From Minisyncoccota bacterium (GTDB lineage Bacteria; Patescibacteriota; Microgenomatia; UBA1400; PJMF01), in NCBI GenBank assembly GCA_018657765.1, contig JABHWM010000020.1:18786-82785 (forward strand): 64,000 bases of DNA, read 5' to 3'. Below, one piece after another: positions 10,413 to 20,399 of this stretch. The notes under the pieces were generated by a model. That model worked only from the letters and a program-made list of their open reading frames with translations, was not told the DNA's origin and did no database searches. Within the stretch, counting starts at the first letter, position 1, and every line of letters starts with the position of its first letter. A program made the translations under genes and the position numbers.

Positions 10413-11232
10413 TAATCTTAATTCCATTAATTTTTCTTTGATTATGAGTACTAGAAAAAAACTAGTCACTGCTATCTCCCTTGGAATAACTAGCTTTATT
10501 CTCTTGATTCTAACTTATACCCAAATAACAGCTATTTTTGAAACAAGAAGAAAAATAGAGATTACCCAAAAAAAAGTTGATCAATTAAATGCAAAAACTA
10601 CAGAGTTACAACAACTAAAATTCACACCAGAATATGCTCAAGCAAGTAGAATGAGTGAAGTTTTACCTTCATATAAACCACTACTAGAGCTTCTCAATAA
10701 TCTAAATTCTGTTGCCAATAAAACAAATGTTTCTATTACTGAATTTCAGATAAACCCAGGTGAAATCATTACTGAAGAAGAAGGAAAAACCAAGGTATTG
10801 GTGAAAAAAAAGCAATCAGCAGAATACGACCAATTAAATCTAGAACTTAGTATTCTAGGGGAGCTAAATCAAGTAAAAGAGTTTATGAATCTGATAGAAC
10901 GTGTATCCCCGTTAACAACTATTACTAGCCTGACTATAGATAGAAAAACAACTAGTTTTACTACAGAGGACCAGCAACTTACCAGAGCTGACCTGTTTCT
11001 TAATACTTATTACTACACAAAGCCTATTTCTTCGACTCTGTCTTCTGCATTACCAGATATCACTGTAGAAGAAAAAGATATTTTTCAAGAAATTCTAGAC
11101 TTTACCCCTCCAGAAGTAGAGAGTCAGACTCAGATTATTGGCGGGAACAACACAGACTTATTTGGAATAGATGGATTAGCTGTTAGTGATCTAGAAAAAC
11201 AAATAGAAAAAGAATTAACTTTTACAGAATAA
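10396..11232 (+). CDS. pilO: PilO-like pilus assembly protein
   Basis: TM, coiled coil, then LP...LLNNL...GELNQVKEFMNLIE ferredoxin-like domain; follows pilN. Confidence 0.7.
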   Translation: MMATLNNLNSINFSLIMSTRKKLVTAISLGITSFILLILTYTQITAIFETRRKIEITQKKVDQLNAKTTELQQLKFTPEYAQASRMSEVLPSYKPLLELLNNLNSVANKTNVSITEFQINPGEIITEEEGKTKVLVKKKQSAEYDQLNLELSILGELNQVKEFMNLIERVSPLTTITSLTIDRKTTSFTTEDQQLTRADLFLNTYYYTKPISSTLSSALPDITVEEKDIFQEILDFTPPEVESQTQIIGGNNTDLFGIDGLAVSDLEKQIEKELTFTE

Positions 11233-11259
11233 AATTAAAAAATAAAATAAATAGAGAAA

Positions 11260-11490
11260 TTACTCAACAATCTCGACTCTTACTTGAAGGTCTTCTTGAG
11301 CTGCTTTGACTTGAACTAGTTTTCTGATTGCTTTGATGACTTTACCACCTTTGCCGATAACTCTACCCATGTCTTCTTGATTTACAGTAATCTGTAATAA
11401 CAAGCCATTTTCATTTTCTTCTTCTGAGACCTGAAGTTCCTCAGGATAATCAATTAAACGTACTAATAAATATTCAACAAAATTCTTCAT
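11260..11490 (-). CDS. khpA: KH-domain RNA-binding protein KhpA
   Basis: DMGRVIGKGG motif, 76 aa, directly downstream of rpsP. Confidence 0.9.
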   Translation of the reverse strand: MKNFVEYLLVRLIDYPEELQVSEEENENGLLLQITVNQEDMGRVIGKGGKVIKAIRKLVQVKAAQEDLQVRVEIVE

Positions 11491-11573
11491 GATTTCCTTT
11501 TATATTCTTGATTGTTTTTTTATAGTAAAGTATTTTTTCTCAAAAGAATAGAGAAAAATAAATAATTCTTCAA

Positions 11574-12041
11574 TTATTTTGCAGGAGCTTCTGCTTTTTC
11601 TTCTGTTTTAACCTCTGCAGTTTTTTCCTTAACAGGAGCATCAGTTACTGGAGTTGCTTCTGGAGCAGCTTCTTTAACTTCAACAGCTTCTGCTGGTTTC
11701 TCTTCTACAGGATTATTCTTTGCTTCTTCTGCGGCTTCTTTTGCTGCAGCTAACTTTGTTTTTGCTTTACGAGAAAGCTTTGCTTTCTTTGGAGGAAAAG
11801 GATTACCAGATTCAAAACGAGTAAAAAGAGCAGCTACTGTATCAGTAGGTTGTGCACCTTTGGTAAGCCAATCTTTATATGCTTCTACATTGAATTCCAA
11901 TATTTTTGGTTCCTGCATTGGAGCATAACGACCCACTTGAGCAGTGTATTTTCCATCTCTCTTATCTCTAGCTTCGTTGATTACTATACGATAATGTGGC
12001 TGTTTTCTTTTTCCAAAACGAGCAAGTTTTATTTTCAACAT
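11574..12041 (-). CDS. rpsP: 30S ribosomal protein S16 with long C-terminal extension
   Basis: MLKIKLARFGKRKQPHYRIV...RDG...GAQPTDTV. Confidence 0.96.
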   Translation of the reverse strand: MLKIKLARFGKRKQPHYRIVINEARDKRDGKYTAQVGRYAPMQEPKILEFNVEAYKDWLTKGAQPTDTVAALFTRFESGNPFPPKKAKLSRKAKTKLAAAKEAAEEAKNNPVEEKPAEAVEVKEAAPEATPVTDAPVKEKTAEVKTEEKAEAPAK

Positions 12042-12230
12042 ATTTTTATTTTCTTTTTTTATATCTTCTAGATTCTTTGATTATCTTGATGATATTTTTA
12101 CTCTTCTTATTTATAAGAGTGTTTATTAATATTTATTAAGCCTGCTAAGTTCATTATGCTCCAGAGAAAGGAACATAAATATCATAGGAGAGGATTGTAC
12201 CCTTTTTTTGTAAAATTCTCAAGACAGATG

Positions 12231-12899
12231 TCAAGATTTGTCAAAATCTTCTAAAGCCTGAAAAGCAGCCTCTTGTTGAGCAAGTTGTTTTGTCTTACCT
12301 GTTCCTTCACCCATAACCTTTTTATCAACCAAAACTTGGACAGTAAAAACCTTGTTATGATCTGGACCTTCTTCACTAATCACCTCATAGTCAGGAGTTA
12401 ATAAACCTTTGGCCTGAACAATTTCTTGCAACAAGCTTTTACTATCTTTATATAATTTCTTTTCTTTTATTTCTGCAAATTTGGGAAATAAGTATTTATG
12501 TAAAAATTTCTTTACTGCGTCAAAACCCTGATCTAAATAAATAGCTCCAATGACAGATTCACAAACATCAGCAAGTAAACCATCATTTTCTCTACCACCA
12601 GTAGCTTCTTCACCTTTACTCATGTACATTTTTTCACCAAGTTTTAATTCTCTAGAGACATTTGCCAAAGTAGTTGTTTTTACCAAAGCACTTCTATAAG
12701 AGGTAAGAACACCTTCTGGTTCTGTAGGATGTTCTTCAAATAAAAACTCTGTTGTAGCCAGCTCAAGAACTGCATCACCCAAAAATTCTAGTCTTTCATA
12801 TGACTCTGAAGAAGTGGTCCCAGAACTTGACTCATTAAGAGAACTCCTGTGAGAAAGAGCTGTTGTCAACAAAGCTTCGTTTTTGAATGAAGGTAACAT
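12231..12899 (-). CDS. rnc: Ribonuclease III
   Basis: ERLEFLGDAVL signature and dsRBD (EGPDHNKVF). Confidence 0.97.
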   Translation of the reverse strand: MLPSFKNEALLTTALSHRSSLNESSSGTTSSESYERLEFLGDAVLELATTEFLFEEHPTEPEGVLTSYRSALVKTTTLANVSRELKLGEKMYMSKGEEATGGRENDGLLADVCESVIGAIYLDQGFDAVKKFLHKYLFPKFAEIKEKKLYKDSKSLLQEIVQAKGLLTPDYEVISEEGPDHNKVFTVQVLVDKKVMGEGTGKTKQLAQQEAAFQALEDFDKS

Positions 12900-12901
12900 A
12901 T

Positions 12902-13189
12902 TTATCCTAACTCTACTTCTTCCTCAACTAATTTTGCTAATTGTTCTACAGAATCTTCTGCTTCTTCTAGCTCATTAAGAACATGATAAATTTCTAGTTC
13001 AATCTCGAAGGATTGATTGATAACTGCAATAAGTCTAGGAAAATCTTCTTCTAGATTAATTCCCAAGTCTTCTTCTAATAGGGAAGTTGTAAAAATCTCT
13101 TCAACAGAATGACCCGTTGCAAAAGCCAGTAGCTCTCTGAGTTTCTTGAATACTTCGTTTTCTTGGTTATCTTCTACTTTATTTTCCAC
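12902..13189 (-). CDS. Acyl-carrier-protein-like acidic protein lacking the conserved Ser
   Basis: 95 aa, very acidic, ACP-like pattern [10 protein letters not shown]...LEEDLG...FEIE; lies immediately upstream of rnc. Confidence 0.65.
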   Translation of the reverse strand: MENKVEDNQENEVFKKLRELLAFATGHSVEEIFTTSLLEEDLGINLEEDFPRLIAVINQSFEIELEIYHVLNELEEAEDSVEQLAKLVEEEVELG

Positions 13190-13571
13190 TGGTTTCCTCC
13201 ATTAGTACTTTTCCTAAAACTCCATTTACAAACTTCGGTGAGCTATCTGAGCCATATTCCTTGGCCAACTCAATAGCTTCATCAATCAAGACTTTTTTGG
13301 GTGTTTTTTTTGTTTGTGATTCATGAATAATCAAGCGCATAACAGATAGATCTACCTGATTAATCTCTGTAAGAGGTCTCTCCGGGGCATGTAAAGCTAT
13401 CTCTTTATCAAGAATCTCTGCTTTTGCGATAACCTCACGAGCTTCTTCTAAGTAAGAAAGTTTAGGAAGATCCTGAACTTCTTCTCCTGAGAACGTAATC
13501 GCAAAAATAGTCTGCATGAGCTGCGCTCTTTTCTCATGTCTTGGATCAATCTTATCTATTTTATCTGTCAT
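13179..13571 (-). CDS. nusB: Transcription antitermination factor NusB
   Basis: [14 protein letters not shown]...FVNGVLG. Confidence 0.93.
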   Translation of the reverse strand: MTDKIDKIDPRHEKRAQLMQTIFAITFSGEEVQDLPKLSYLEEAREVIAKAEILDKEIALHAPERPLTEINQVDLSVMRLIIHESQTKKTPKKVLIDEAIELAKEYGSDSSPKFVNGVLGKVLMEETSGK

Positions 13572-13742
13572 ATATATCTTACGTTTTTTCTGTATTTTGA
13601 AAATAAAAAATAACCTAGTAACTGTAGACTACAAGTTTCTAATTACAAACACAATTAGCACTCAATTTCTATGATTAGAGTAGGGGAGTATTTTCTAAAA
13701 ATCAATAACTAATTAAACTCTATCCCAAAATAAGTTTAGAGA

Positions 13743-13931
13743 TTATTTAGTTGCAGTTTTTTTATTTTGATTTTTCTTGCTTGAAAAAAGCTTTGAAAAA
13801 CTAGCCATTAAGCCTCTTTTATGAAGAGGTACTTTTGTAACACGAACGTCTTTTTTTAGTTTTGGTCTGTTTCCAGCACGACGTTTACCGCGTTCTACAC
13901 TAGTGATTTTATTTTTTGGTACTGCTCCCAT
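13743..13931 (-). CDS. rpmF: 50S ribosomal protein L32 (Cys-free form)
   Basis: AVPKNKITSVERGKRR N-terminus; position at the head of the nusB-rnc-rpsP run. Confidence 0.8.
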   Translation of the reverse strand: MGAVPKNKITSVERGKRRAGNRPKLKKDVRVTKVPLHKRGLMASFSKLFSSKKNQNKKTATK

Positions 13932-14214
13932 AATTTCTTTCTTTGCTTTTTCAAAAGCCAGTCGTTGTATTTCTATATTTAGAAAATTTGAGTTCTATCT
14001 ATATTTTACTACAGATATTATATTTTACTTCAATAACTGAAAAGAAGAATTGTAACGTTAAAAAAAAGAAAAATCAAGCTCATAATAGAAAATTTACAAG
14101 GACTCTTATTTTTTAATAAAAAATTGGCTTTAATTAGATGTTTATTGATTAAATAAAAATAAGTTGAAGTCCCATATTTTTTATACCAATGATACTAAAA
14201 AGTATAGAAAATAC

Positions 14215-14243
14215 TTGCAAAAACCTACTTTTGGATTTATAAT
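14215..14243 (+). promoter_or_regulatory. Sigma70-type promoter of the orphan lipoprotein gene
   Basis: TTGCAA-17 nt-TATAAT. Confidence 0.65.
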
Positions 14244-14394
14244 ACTTCTTTAGACTCTGAAATATATTGTTTTATATAGTTTGGAGATTTGTACAAATAA
14301 TTATAAGTAAGCACTACTGGATATCAAAAAGTAGTGAAATTACAAACAAGTTTTATTTGAAAACTCAGGTAACTTGTTAGAAAAAATACAAAAC

Positions 14395-16458
14395 ATGTCT
14401 AAAATTTTTTTTGATAGATCCCCAGGAAAACCAACTGATCGTGAACTACTAGCTGCCTTCGGTGGTAGAGGTAGAGACGCCCGTTTAAAAACAAGAGCTA
14501 ATGTTCGCTCTATGGAAAAATCTAGACAAGCTCAAGAATCTGTGGAAAGTTTGCCTGGATATAAGAAGGTTCATCTTTATGCAGACCCAAGATTAGTAGA
14601 TCAGGTTTTAAATACTTTAGAAGAAAACTTTGCTGCAATGGAATCTGCAAGATTAAGTAAAGCAAAAGCTCAATTAACTTGGGAAGCTGCACGGAGAGTT
14701 GCCAAAAAAGCTGAAGAGGCTGGAATAACTCCAGCAGAATTAAGTGCTGCTGCAAATAGTGAAAAACCAAATAGGCTTTTTTCGAAGTTTGCATCAATTA
14801 TAGAGAAAATTGGAGATACTCTAGAACCAAAACTTGTCTACAAATTAGCTGCTCCTATTTTAACCTTTGCTTTTATTTTATCTGCTTGTGGTGGTGAAGC
14901 TACTGCAACAGAAGAGCCAGATGTAAAGCCTGGAGTAACAATAGTAGCAGAGGTACCTCCAACAGCAGTAAAACCTCCTACAGAAAAAGCTCCGGCCCCT
15001 GCTATAGCTACTAGTATCCCTATGTCAGATGTTAATCTGACTTACTCTTCACAATACTCAGGGTACGAATTGGAAGCACAAGTTTTTGTTGCAAACAACT
15101 GGCCAGCTAGTCTATCTGGTGAAGCTCTTGGACAATTTGGAAGTGTGGCCTTAATTTCTAACTATGAAGTTGCAGACATTTCAAATAATCCTAGAGGTCT
15201 TATCCTCAAAATAATTGGTGAGGGTTGGCCTGAAGGAACTCATGTAATGGAATCTCCTTTTAAACCAGGAGAGCTACTATTTATGACAACTAGTTATGCT
15301 AGTGAACAACTAGGAGTAGAAGTAGCTAGTTTTGAAATAGGTGCTGACGGAAAGCCTGTTGCTGTAGATAGCAATGGAAATGTTGTGGGGTATATAAAAT
15401 ATAACGAAGATGGTACTACCTCGTATATCCTTGGGGGGAAAGATAAAGCTCCAAATGCTGTGGTTATAGAAAAAGATTACTTTGAGATGAGTATTGAGCA
15501 AAGATGGGAACACACAGCTTCATTCACAAATGAAATAAATAATGGTTTCACTGGTCTATTAGAAATAATTCCCGATCCTGATGTAGTACTTAATACAAAT
15601 CCAACAGATCCTTCTGTTTACTGGAATCCCACAACAAATAAATGGGAGTATGAAAATGAAGGTAATACAAATCAACTTGATAAAACTGGTGAAAGTTTTG
15701 GTGGTATGGTAGCGGATACAATAGAGACAGATGATGGTAACTTTATAATAAAAGACCCAGAAACTGGAGTAGAAATGACCTTTCCAGGAACAGTCTTTTT
15801 ACCTGGATTTGGAGAAATTTCACTAAAAGAGATAGCTGCAATGAATAATGAAGAATTTGGTACTAAATTAGTAGACGCTTTAATAGAAAAAGCACCAGCA
15901 GAATCAAATCCTATTTTTCTAAGCAGAACAGATAGTGTCAAAGATGATTCTGTATTTTTACCTGGATTTGTAGTTGGAACTCCAGAAGAAGATTATCCTT
16001 TAGCTGGTGGATTAAAACCAGGTGTTAACAGATCCGAAAGTGATATAGCATTTTATCAAATAGATAGTAATGACTTTTATAATCTTACTTTCAGCCCAGA
16101 GACAGGTGAAGTAATGTTTTCTGTTAAAACAAAACAAGTTAACCCTATTAGTACTTTAAATATTACTTACTCTCCAGATGGATCAACTGATTTTCAGACA
16201 AAATCTTATGGAACTACTGATAATTTTGGAATGAACGGGAAAGATGAATTTGCTGTACTTATAGAACATCATGTTCCAATAGTGTCACATAATGAAGGCG
16301 GGGGAGTTCCTGTATTACAAGGAAATCAGGGAATTTTTGGTCCAGAAGAGTTTCTTACAATGTTCTCATTTAGCTCTGAACAAGAGATTATAGATTTTGC
16401 AAAACAATATAAACTAGCAGTGTCATATGCTTTTAGAATAGCATCTCCAAAAAGATAG
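14395..16458 (+). CDS. Hypothetical protein with an internal lipoprotein signal (ILSA|C) and Pro/Thr/Ala linker
   Basis: Long ORF; ATG 14395 preferred over TTG 14374; KLAAPILTFAFILSACGG with the Cys codon at 14887. Confidence 0.8.
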   Translation: MSKIFFDRSPGKPTDRELLAAFGGRGRDARLKTRANVRSMEKSRQAQESVESLPGYKKVHLYADPRLVDQVLNTLEENFAAMESARLSKAKAQLTWEAARRVAKKAEEAGITPAELSAAANSEKPNRLFSKFASIIEKIGDTLEPKLVYKLAAPILTFAFILSACGGEATATEEPDVKPGVTIVAEVPPTAVKPPTEKAPAPAIATSIPMSDVNLTYSSQYSGYELEAQVFVANNWPASLSGEALGQFGSVALISNYEVADISNNPRGLILKIIGEGWPEGTHVMESPFKPGELLFMTTSYASEQLGVEVASFEIGADGKPVAVDSNGNVVGYIKYNEDGTTSYILGGKDKAPNAVVIEKDYFEMSIEQRWEHTASFTNEINNGFTGLLEIIPDPDVVLNTNPTDPSVYWNPTTNKWEYENEGNTNQLDKTGESFGGMVADTIETDDGNFIIKDPETGVEMTFPGTVFLPGFGEISLKEIAAMNNEEFGTKLVDALIEKAPAESNPIFLSRTDSVKDDSVFLPGFVVGTPEEDYPLAGGLKPGVNRSESDIAFYQIDSNDFYNLTFSPETGEVMFSVKTKQVNPISTLNITYSPDGSTDFQTKSYGTTDNFGMNGKDEFAVLIEHHVPIVSHNEGGGVPVLQGNQGIFGPEEFLTMFSFSSEQEIIDFAKQYKLAVSYAFRIASPKR

Positions 16459-16514
16459 ACCTAATATTTTTTATTCCCTTGCTTCTCAGGGTCATTTATT
16501 GCTAAAATGAACTT

Positions 16515-17162
16515 GTGGAAAATGAAAATATTAAAACTCTAACTGATCCAAAGCAAAAACAGGTATTATCTTTTTTTATTATAACTCTGATATTTTTTGT
16601 CGGTGTTTTATCTTTATATATATTTCTTTTTCTTAAAAAGAATAAAACTATAACAACTAAACCTACCCGGATAGAACGACCAGAAACGGAGTTCTTTGAA
16701 AAGAAATCACCTAACTCTGAGATTATCAAAACTACAGAAAATCCAAAAAACATAGTCCTTACTGACTTAGATTTGGCTCAAGATGACACTCAATCTATTG
16801 GTAAAGTTCTTCAGGGATATTCTGATAGTTATGATCCTAGTCAGCAAATATTTAAATTAAAAAATAAGCTAGTAAGAAGTACTACTCTACAACTGTTAGA
16901 AACTAGTACCAAAGAGATAACTCAATTCTATTGCTGGCCAGATACAATCTCTAGTAAAAATGGACCAGTGGAAGTTCAATCGCTACAAATATTTGTGGAA
17001 CCAGATGGTAGAGATGTAATAATGCCAACAGAAAAAATCATACCTTTGGATCAATTAGAAATATTTTTGAAAAAAGATCATTATATTATTCTTCAACTCA
17101 AACAAATATTCGATATAAATAAAACCAATGCTATTCAAAAATTAATTATAGTAGGCTGCTAG
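16515..17162 (+). CDS. Hypothetical single-TM protein
   Basis: ORF with N-terminal TM; TTGCTT-18-TAAAAT ends 6 nt before the GTG. Confidence 0.75.
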   Translation: MENENIKTLTDPKQKQVLSFFIITLIFFVGVLSLYIFLFLKKNKTITTKPTRIERPETEFFEKKSPNSEIIKTTENPKNIVLTDLDLAQDDTQSIGKVLQGYSDSYDPSQQIFKLKNKLVRSTTLQLLETSTKEITQFYCWPDTISSKNGPVEVQSLQIFVEPDGRDVIMPTEKIIPLDQLEIFLKKDHYIILQLKQIFDINKTNAIQKLIIVGC

Positions 17163-17168
17163 TAATAT

Positions 17169-19019
17169 ATGAAACAATTAAAATTATTTTTTACTATTTT
17201 TCTAAGCGTATTTTTCCTAGTAATTACATCTTTACCTAGAAAAAAATTTTCAAATAAAGTTTATGCTGCTTGCCCTGGTAACAGTAGCTGTTCATCTGAT
17301 GGCTGTGGAGTAGAATCATTACAATATACAGGTACCTTTGATGATGGATCTTCAACCCTCACCTGTACATATGATCCAGACTATTGTCAAAGTCCTGACG
17401 CTGCAACAACTGTTCCATGTCCAGATTCAGCCGATTGCCCAGCTGCATGTGAACCATGTGGTTGTACACCAGATCCAACTGATCCTTATGATACTTGTAG
17501 TTGTCCTGACTGTGATGCCAATGATCCTGATGCTGGCTGTAATCTTCCAGGTGCCTGGGATGGAGTCTGTTTTGAGGGTGGAGTAAATGATGGCTGTATT
17601 GACGATCAACATTGTATAACTTCTAATGACGGAGGAGCTTGTTTCATAAATAACGTAGATGTCTACTGCTCTGCTGGTTGTGCTGCAGGACCAACCCCTA
17701 CCTCTGGACCAGGACCAACCTCACCACCTGGAGTCACTCCCACACCCACCCCAGGCCCTCGTACCTTCCAAGGAAACTTCTACGAAGATGCAGATGCTAC
17801 AACAACCGGTATAGGAGGTACAGATAATCTCTGTACAGGACTTACCACAGCTCCTATAGTTCCAGCTATTTACATGCCTGGCTCAGAAGTCTCTGCTACT
17901 AGAACTGGTGGAGAGTCACAATCTGTATTAGCAGATACAGCCTATTACTCCATCACCACCAACACCTCCAACTCTGACTACACCGTAGCTCTCCAACTTC
18001 CATTCCCACCACCAGATCCAGACAATGCCTGGCAGTGTGCTTGTAATGCAGATCCTGGTGACCCATATCGCTGTCTTTATACAAATCAGACTCCTTCTGA
18101 CTTTGCTGTTGCTAACTTCTTCCTCAAACAAGCCAATATTGCAGATGCAGCTTGGTTCCAGACTCTAGGGGGTAGCTCTTGGGCAGCAAATAATATTGAA
18201 TCACTCATACCAACTAGTACCTGTACACCACCTAGCTGTTCTCCAGCATTAATATCTAGTGATCCAGCTGGTAATTCTGATAGTGCCGGATTCCCTCTTA
18301 CAGAGTCTGGAAGTGTCTCAACTAGTATCAGTGGTGATAACTATATTCATGAAGCAACAGATAGAACAACTGCTGTTCAAGCACAAGCCACAGGTGTATC
18401 TGTTCCTACAGAGAACTATGATTACTTCTTTGATAAAGTAGGGGACCAAGCTGAAACTCTTGCTACTGCTGCCAAGCCAATAGTAGGAACTGAACTGGGA
18501 ATCTATCAACATACAGGTAACCTAGTCATTGATGAAAATAATCCATGGAACTTAACAAATACAGAAAGAATTATTGTCTTTGTAGATGGAGATATAACTA
18601 TTGATGATACAGTCGCTGGTGAAAATAGAATTACTACTGTAGCCACTGGCGGTAATGCCTACCTAATGTTTATTTCTAGTGGAGATATAACTGTTACAGC
18701 GGATGTTGGTTACAGTAATATTGCCACAGATCCAACCACTGCAGATATCTCAAATCTAGAAGGTGTTTTCATTGCAGATGGAACCCTAACCATTGCTGGA
18801 ACAGATAGCACTACAGATCGTAAATTCATCGGTGCTGGTACTTTTGTAGGCTGGAGTGGAATAGCTTTGGGACGTAACTTTGATGATGGAGCAAGCCCAA
18901 CTCTCAATGATGATGAAGCTACAGAAACATTTATCTTTAGACCAGACTTCTTGGTAAATACTCCAAAAGCAATAAAATCTGCTCAAATGACCTGGAGAGA
19001 AGTAGAACCTAGTTTCTAA
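17169..19019 (+). CDS. Secreted Cys-rich, Pro/Thr-linker surface protein (candidate pilus-associated adhesin)
   Basis: Signal peptide ending VYA|A, a 20-Cys N-domain, PTPT linker, and a C-terminal beta-rich domain shared with the next gene. Confidence 0.8.
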   Translation: MKQLKLFFTIFLSVFFLVITSLPRKKFSNKVYAACPGNSSCSSDGCGVESLQYTGTFDDGSSTLTCTYDPDYCQSPDAATTVPCPDSADCPAACEPCGCTPDPTDPYDTCSCPDCDANDPDAGCNLPGAWDGVCFEGGVNDGCIDDQHCITSNDGGACFINNVDVYCSAGCAAGPTPTSGPGPTSPPGVTPTPTPGPRTFQGNFYEDADATTTGIGGTDNLCTGLTTAPIVPAIYMPGSEVSATRTGGESQSVLADTAYYSITTNTSNSDYTVALQLPFPPPDPDNAWQCACNADPGDPYRCLYTNQTPSDFAVANFFLKQANIADAAWFQTLGGSSWAANNIESLIPTSTCTPPSCSPALISSDPAGNSDSAGFPLTESGSVSTSISGDNYIHEATDRTTAVQAQATGVSVPTENYDYFFDKVGDQAETLATAAKPIVGTELGIYQHTGNLVIDENNPWNLTNTERIIVFVDGDITIDDTVAGENRITTVATGGNAYLMFISSGDITVTADVGYSNIATDPTTADISNLEGVFIADGTLTIAGTDSTTDRKFIGAGTFVGWSGIALGRNFDDGASPTLNDDEATETFIFRPDFLVNTPKAIKSAQMTWREVEPSF

Positions 19020-19038
19020 CCTGGTATAAATTAAAAAT

Positions 19039-20364
19039 ATGCTATTTATTTTTCTACTAACCTTTCTTTTTTTGGTGTCTTTTTCACCAGTTTCTGCTAA
19101 TAGTTTTTCTGGTCAACTTTATGAAGATCCTGATGCCAATACAATTGGTTTTGGAGGGACAGATAACCGCTGTGAGGGAAGTCTTGAAACACCTGTTGTA
19201 GGAGCTGGCTTCAGAGCAAAAGCACTTAGGACCGGAGAAACAGACTACGGCACCTTCATGGGAGCTACTTATACCATTACTACTGGAACAAATAACCTAG
19301 ACTATACAGTCACCATAGATATGCCTTATCCTCCAGCAGATCCCGCTAATGCCTGGCAATGTGCTTGTAATGCAAATCCACTAGATCCATACCAATGTAT
19401 TTTTACCAATCAAGATCCTACTGATTTATCATCCTTAAATTTTTTTATAAAACGAGCCAATGCCAATAACAATTCATGGTGGCAAGTCCTAGGTGGAAAT
19501 ATATTCTCCAAACAAAATATCCAAAGCCTCATTCCAAACTCTGAACTACCTGGATACTGTAATACTACACCTGGATGTATTCCTGCTTTGATAGATACAA
19601 ATCCTACACTAACCCTAGAGAGTCCCGGGTTTGCCTTTACTCTAGATGGCTCTATTTCTACAAGCCAAATCCCAGGATCATCCTTTCTACATACAAGTCA
19701 AAGTAGAACAAATGCCCTCCAAGCTTTTGCCTTAACTTCTGATCTTCCAGAAGAAAAATATGACTTTTTTTACAAAAAAATGAAACAAGAAAGTGTTGCT
19801 TTACCTAGTTCTCAAAAACCAGTTCCAACAGAAAATCCAGGGATATATCTCCATTCTGGAGATCTAACAATTAATGATCAAAACTCCTGGCAGGTGTTAA
19901 ATACAGAACAAATAATTGTTTTTATCACTGGGAACTTACTGATTGATGATACTAGTGGTGAGCAACGCATAATCACAGTAGAGAAGGGTGGAGATGGATT
20001 TCTATCATTTATTGTTCAGGAAGATATTATTATCTCTCCTAACGTGGGCTACACAGATATTATGACTGATCCACACTCAGCAAATATTCCACTAGTAGAA
20101 GGAGTCTTTATAGCTGATGGTAAAATTCAAATTCAAGGAACAGCTGATACTCAAGATAAAAAATTTATTGGTGCTGGAACCTTTGTAAGTTGGGATGGGG
20201 TACAACTCCAAAGAAGCTTTGCTACACCAGGGAACAATTCTTTGAATAATATTAGTCCAGCAGAAGTCTTTATTTTCCGTCCAGATTTTCTAGTTAATAC
20301 TCCCAAGAACATGAAAGCTGCTCATTTTTACCTCAGAGAACTACAACCAAAACTATTACAATAA
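19039..20364 (+). CDS. Secreted paralog of the preceding protein, lacking the Cys-rich head
   Basis: Shared motifs GGTDN, NAWQCACNA, EGVFIADG, KFIGAGTFV, FIFRPDFLVNTPK. Confidence 0.82.
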   Translation: MLFIFLLTFLFLVSFSPVSANSFSGQLYEDPDANTIGFGGTDNRCEGSLETPVVGAGFRAKALRTGETDYGTFMGATYTITTGTNNLDYTVTIDMPYPPADPANAWQCACNANPLDPYQCIFTNQDPTDLSSLNFFIKRANANNNSWWQVLGGNIFSKQNIQSLIPNSELPGYCNTTPGCIPALIDTNPTLTLESPGFAFTLDGSISTSQIPGSSFLHTSQSRTNALQAFALTSDLPEEKYDFFYKKMKQESVALPSSQKPVPTENPGIYLHSGDLTINDQNSWQVLNTEQIIVFITGNLLIDDTSGEQRIITVEKGGDGFLSFIVQEDIIISPNVGYTDIMTDPHSANIPLVEGVFIADGKIQIQGTADTQDKKFIGAGTFVSWDGVQLQRSFATPGNNSLNNISPAEVFIFRPDFLVNTPKNMKAAHFYLRELQPKLLQ

Positions 20365-20399
20365 AAATATAACAAAACTCACTTAATAATTGAAAAAAT

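Noticed and set aside
13655..13681. TTAGCACTC, the left arm of a CIRCE heat-shock operator
   Set aside because: The right arm GAGTGCTAA is absent at 9-nt spacing, and no chaperone gene is adjacent.
17169..20364. Diversity-generating retroelement TR/VR pair
   Set aside because: The similarity is protein-level paralogy along the whole gene, not an adenine-specific repeat pair, and no reverse transcriptase is in the window.
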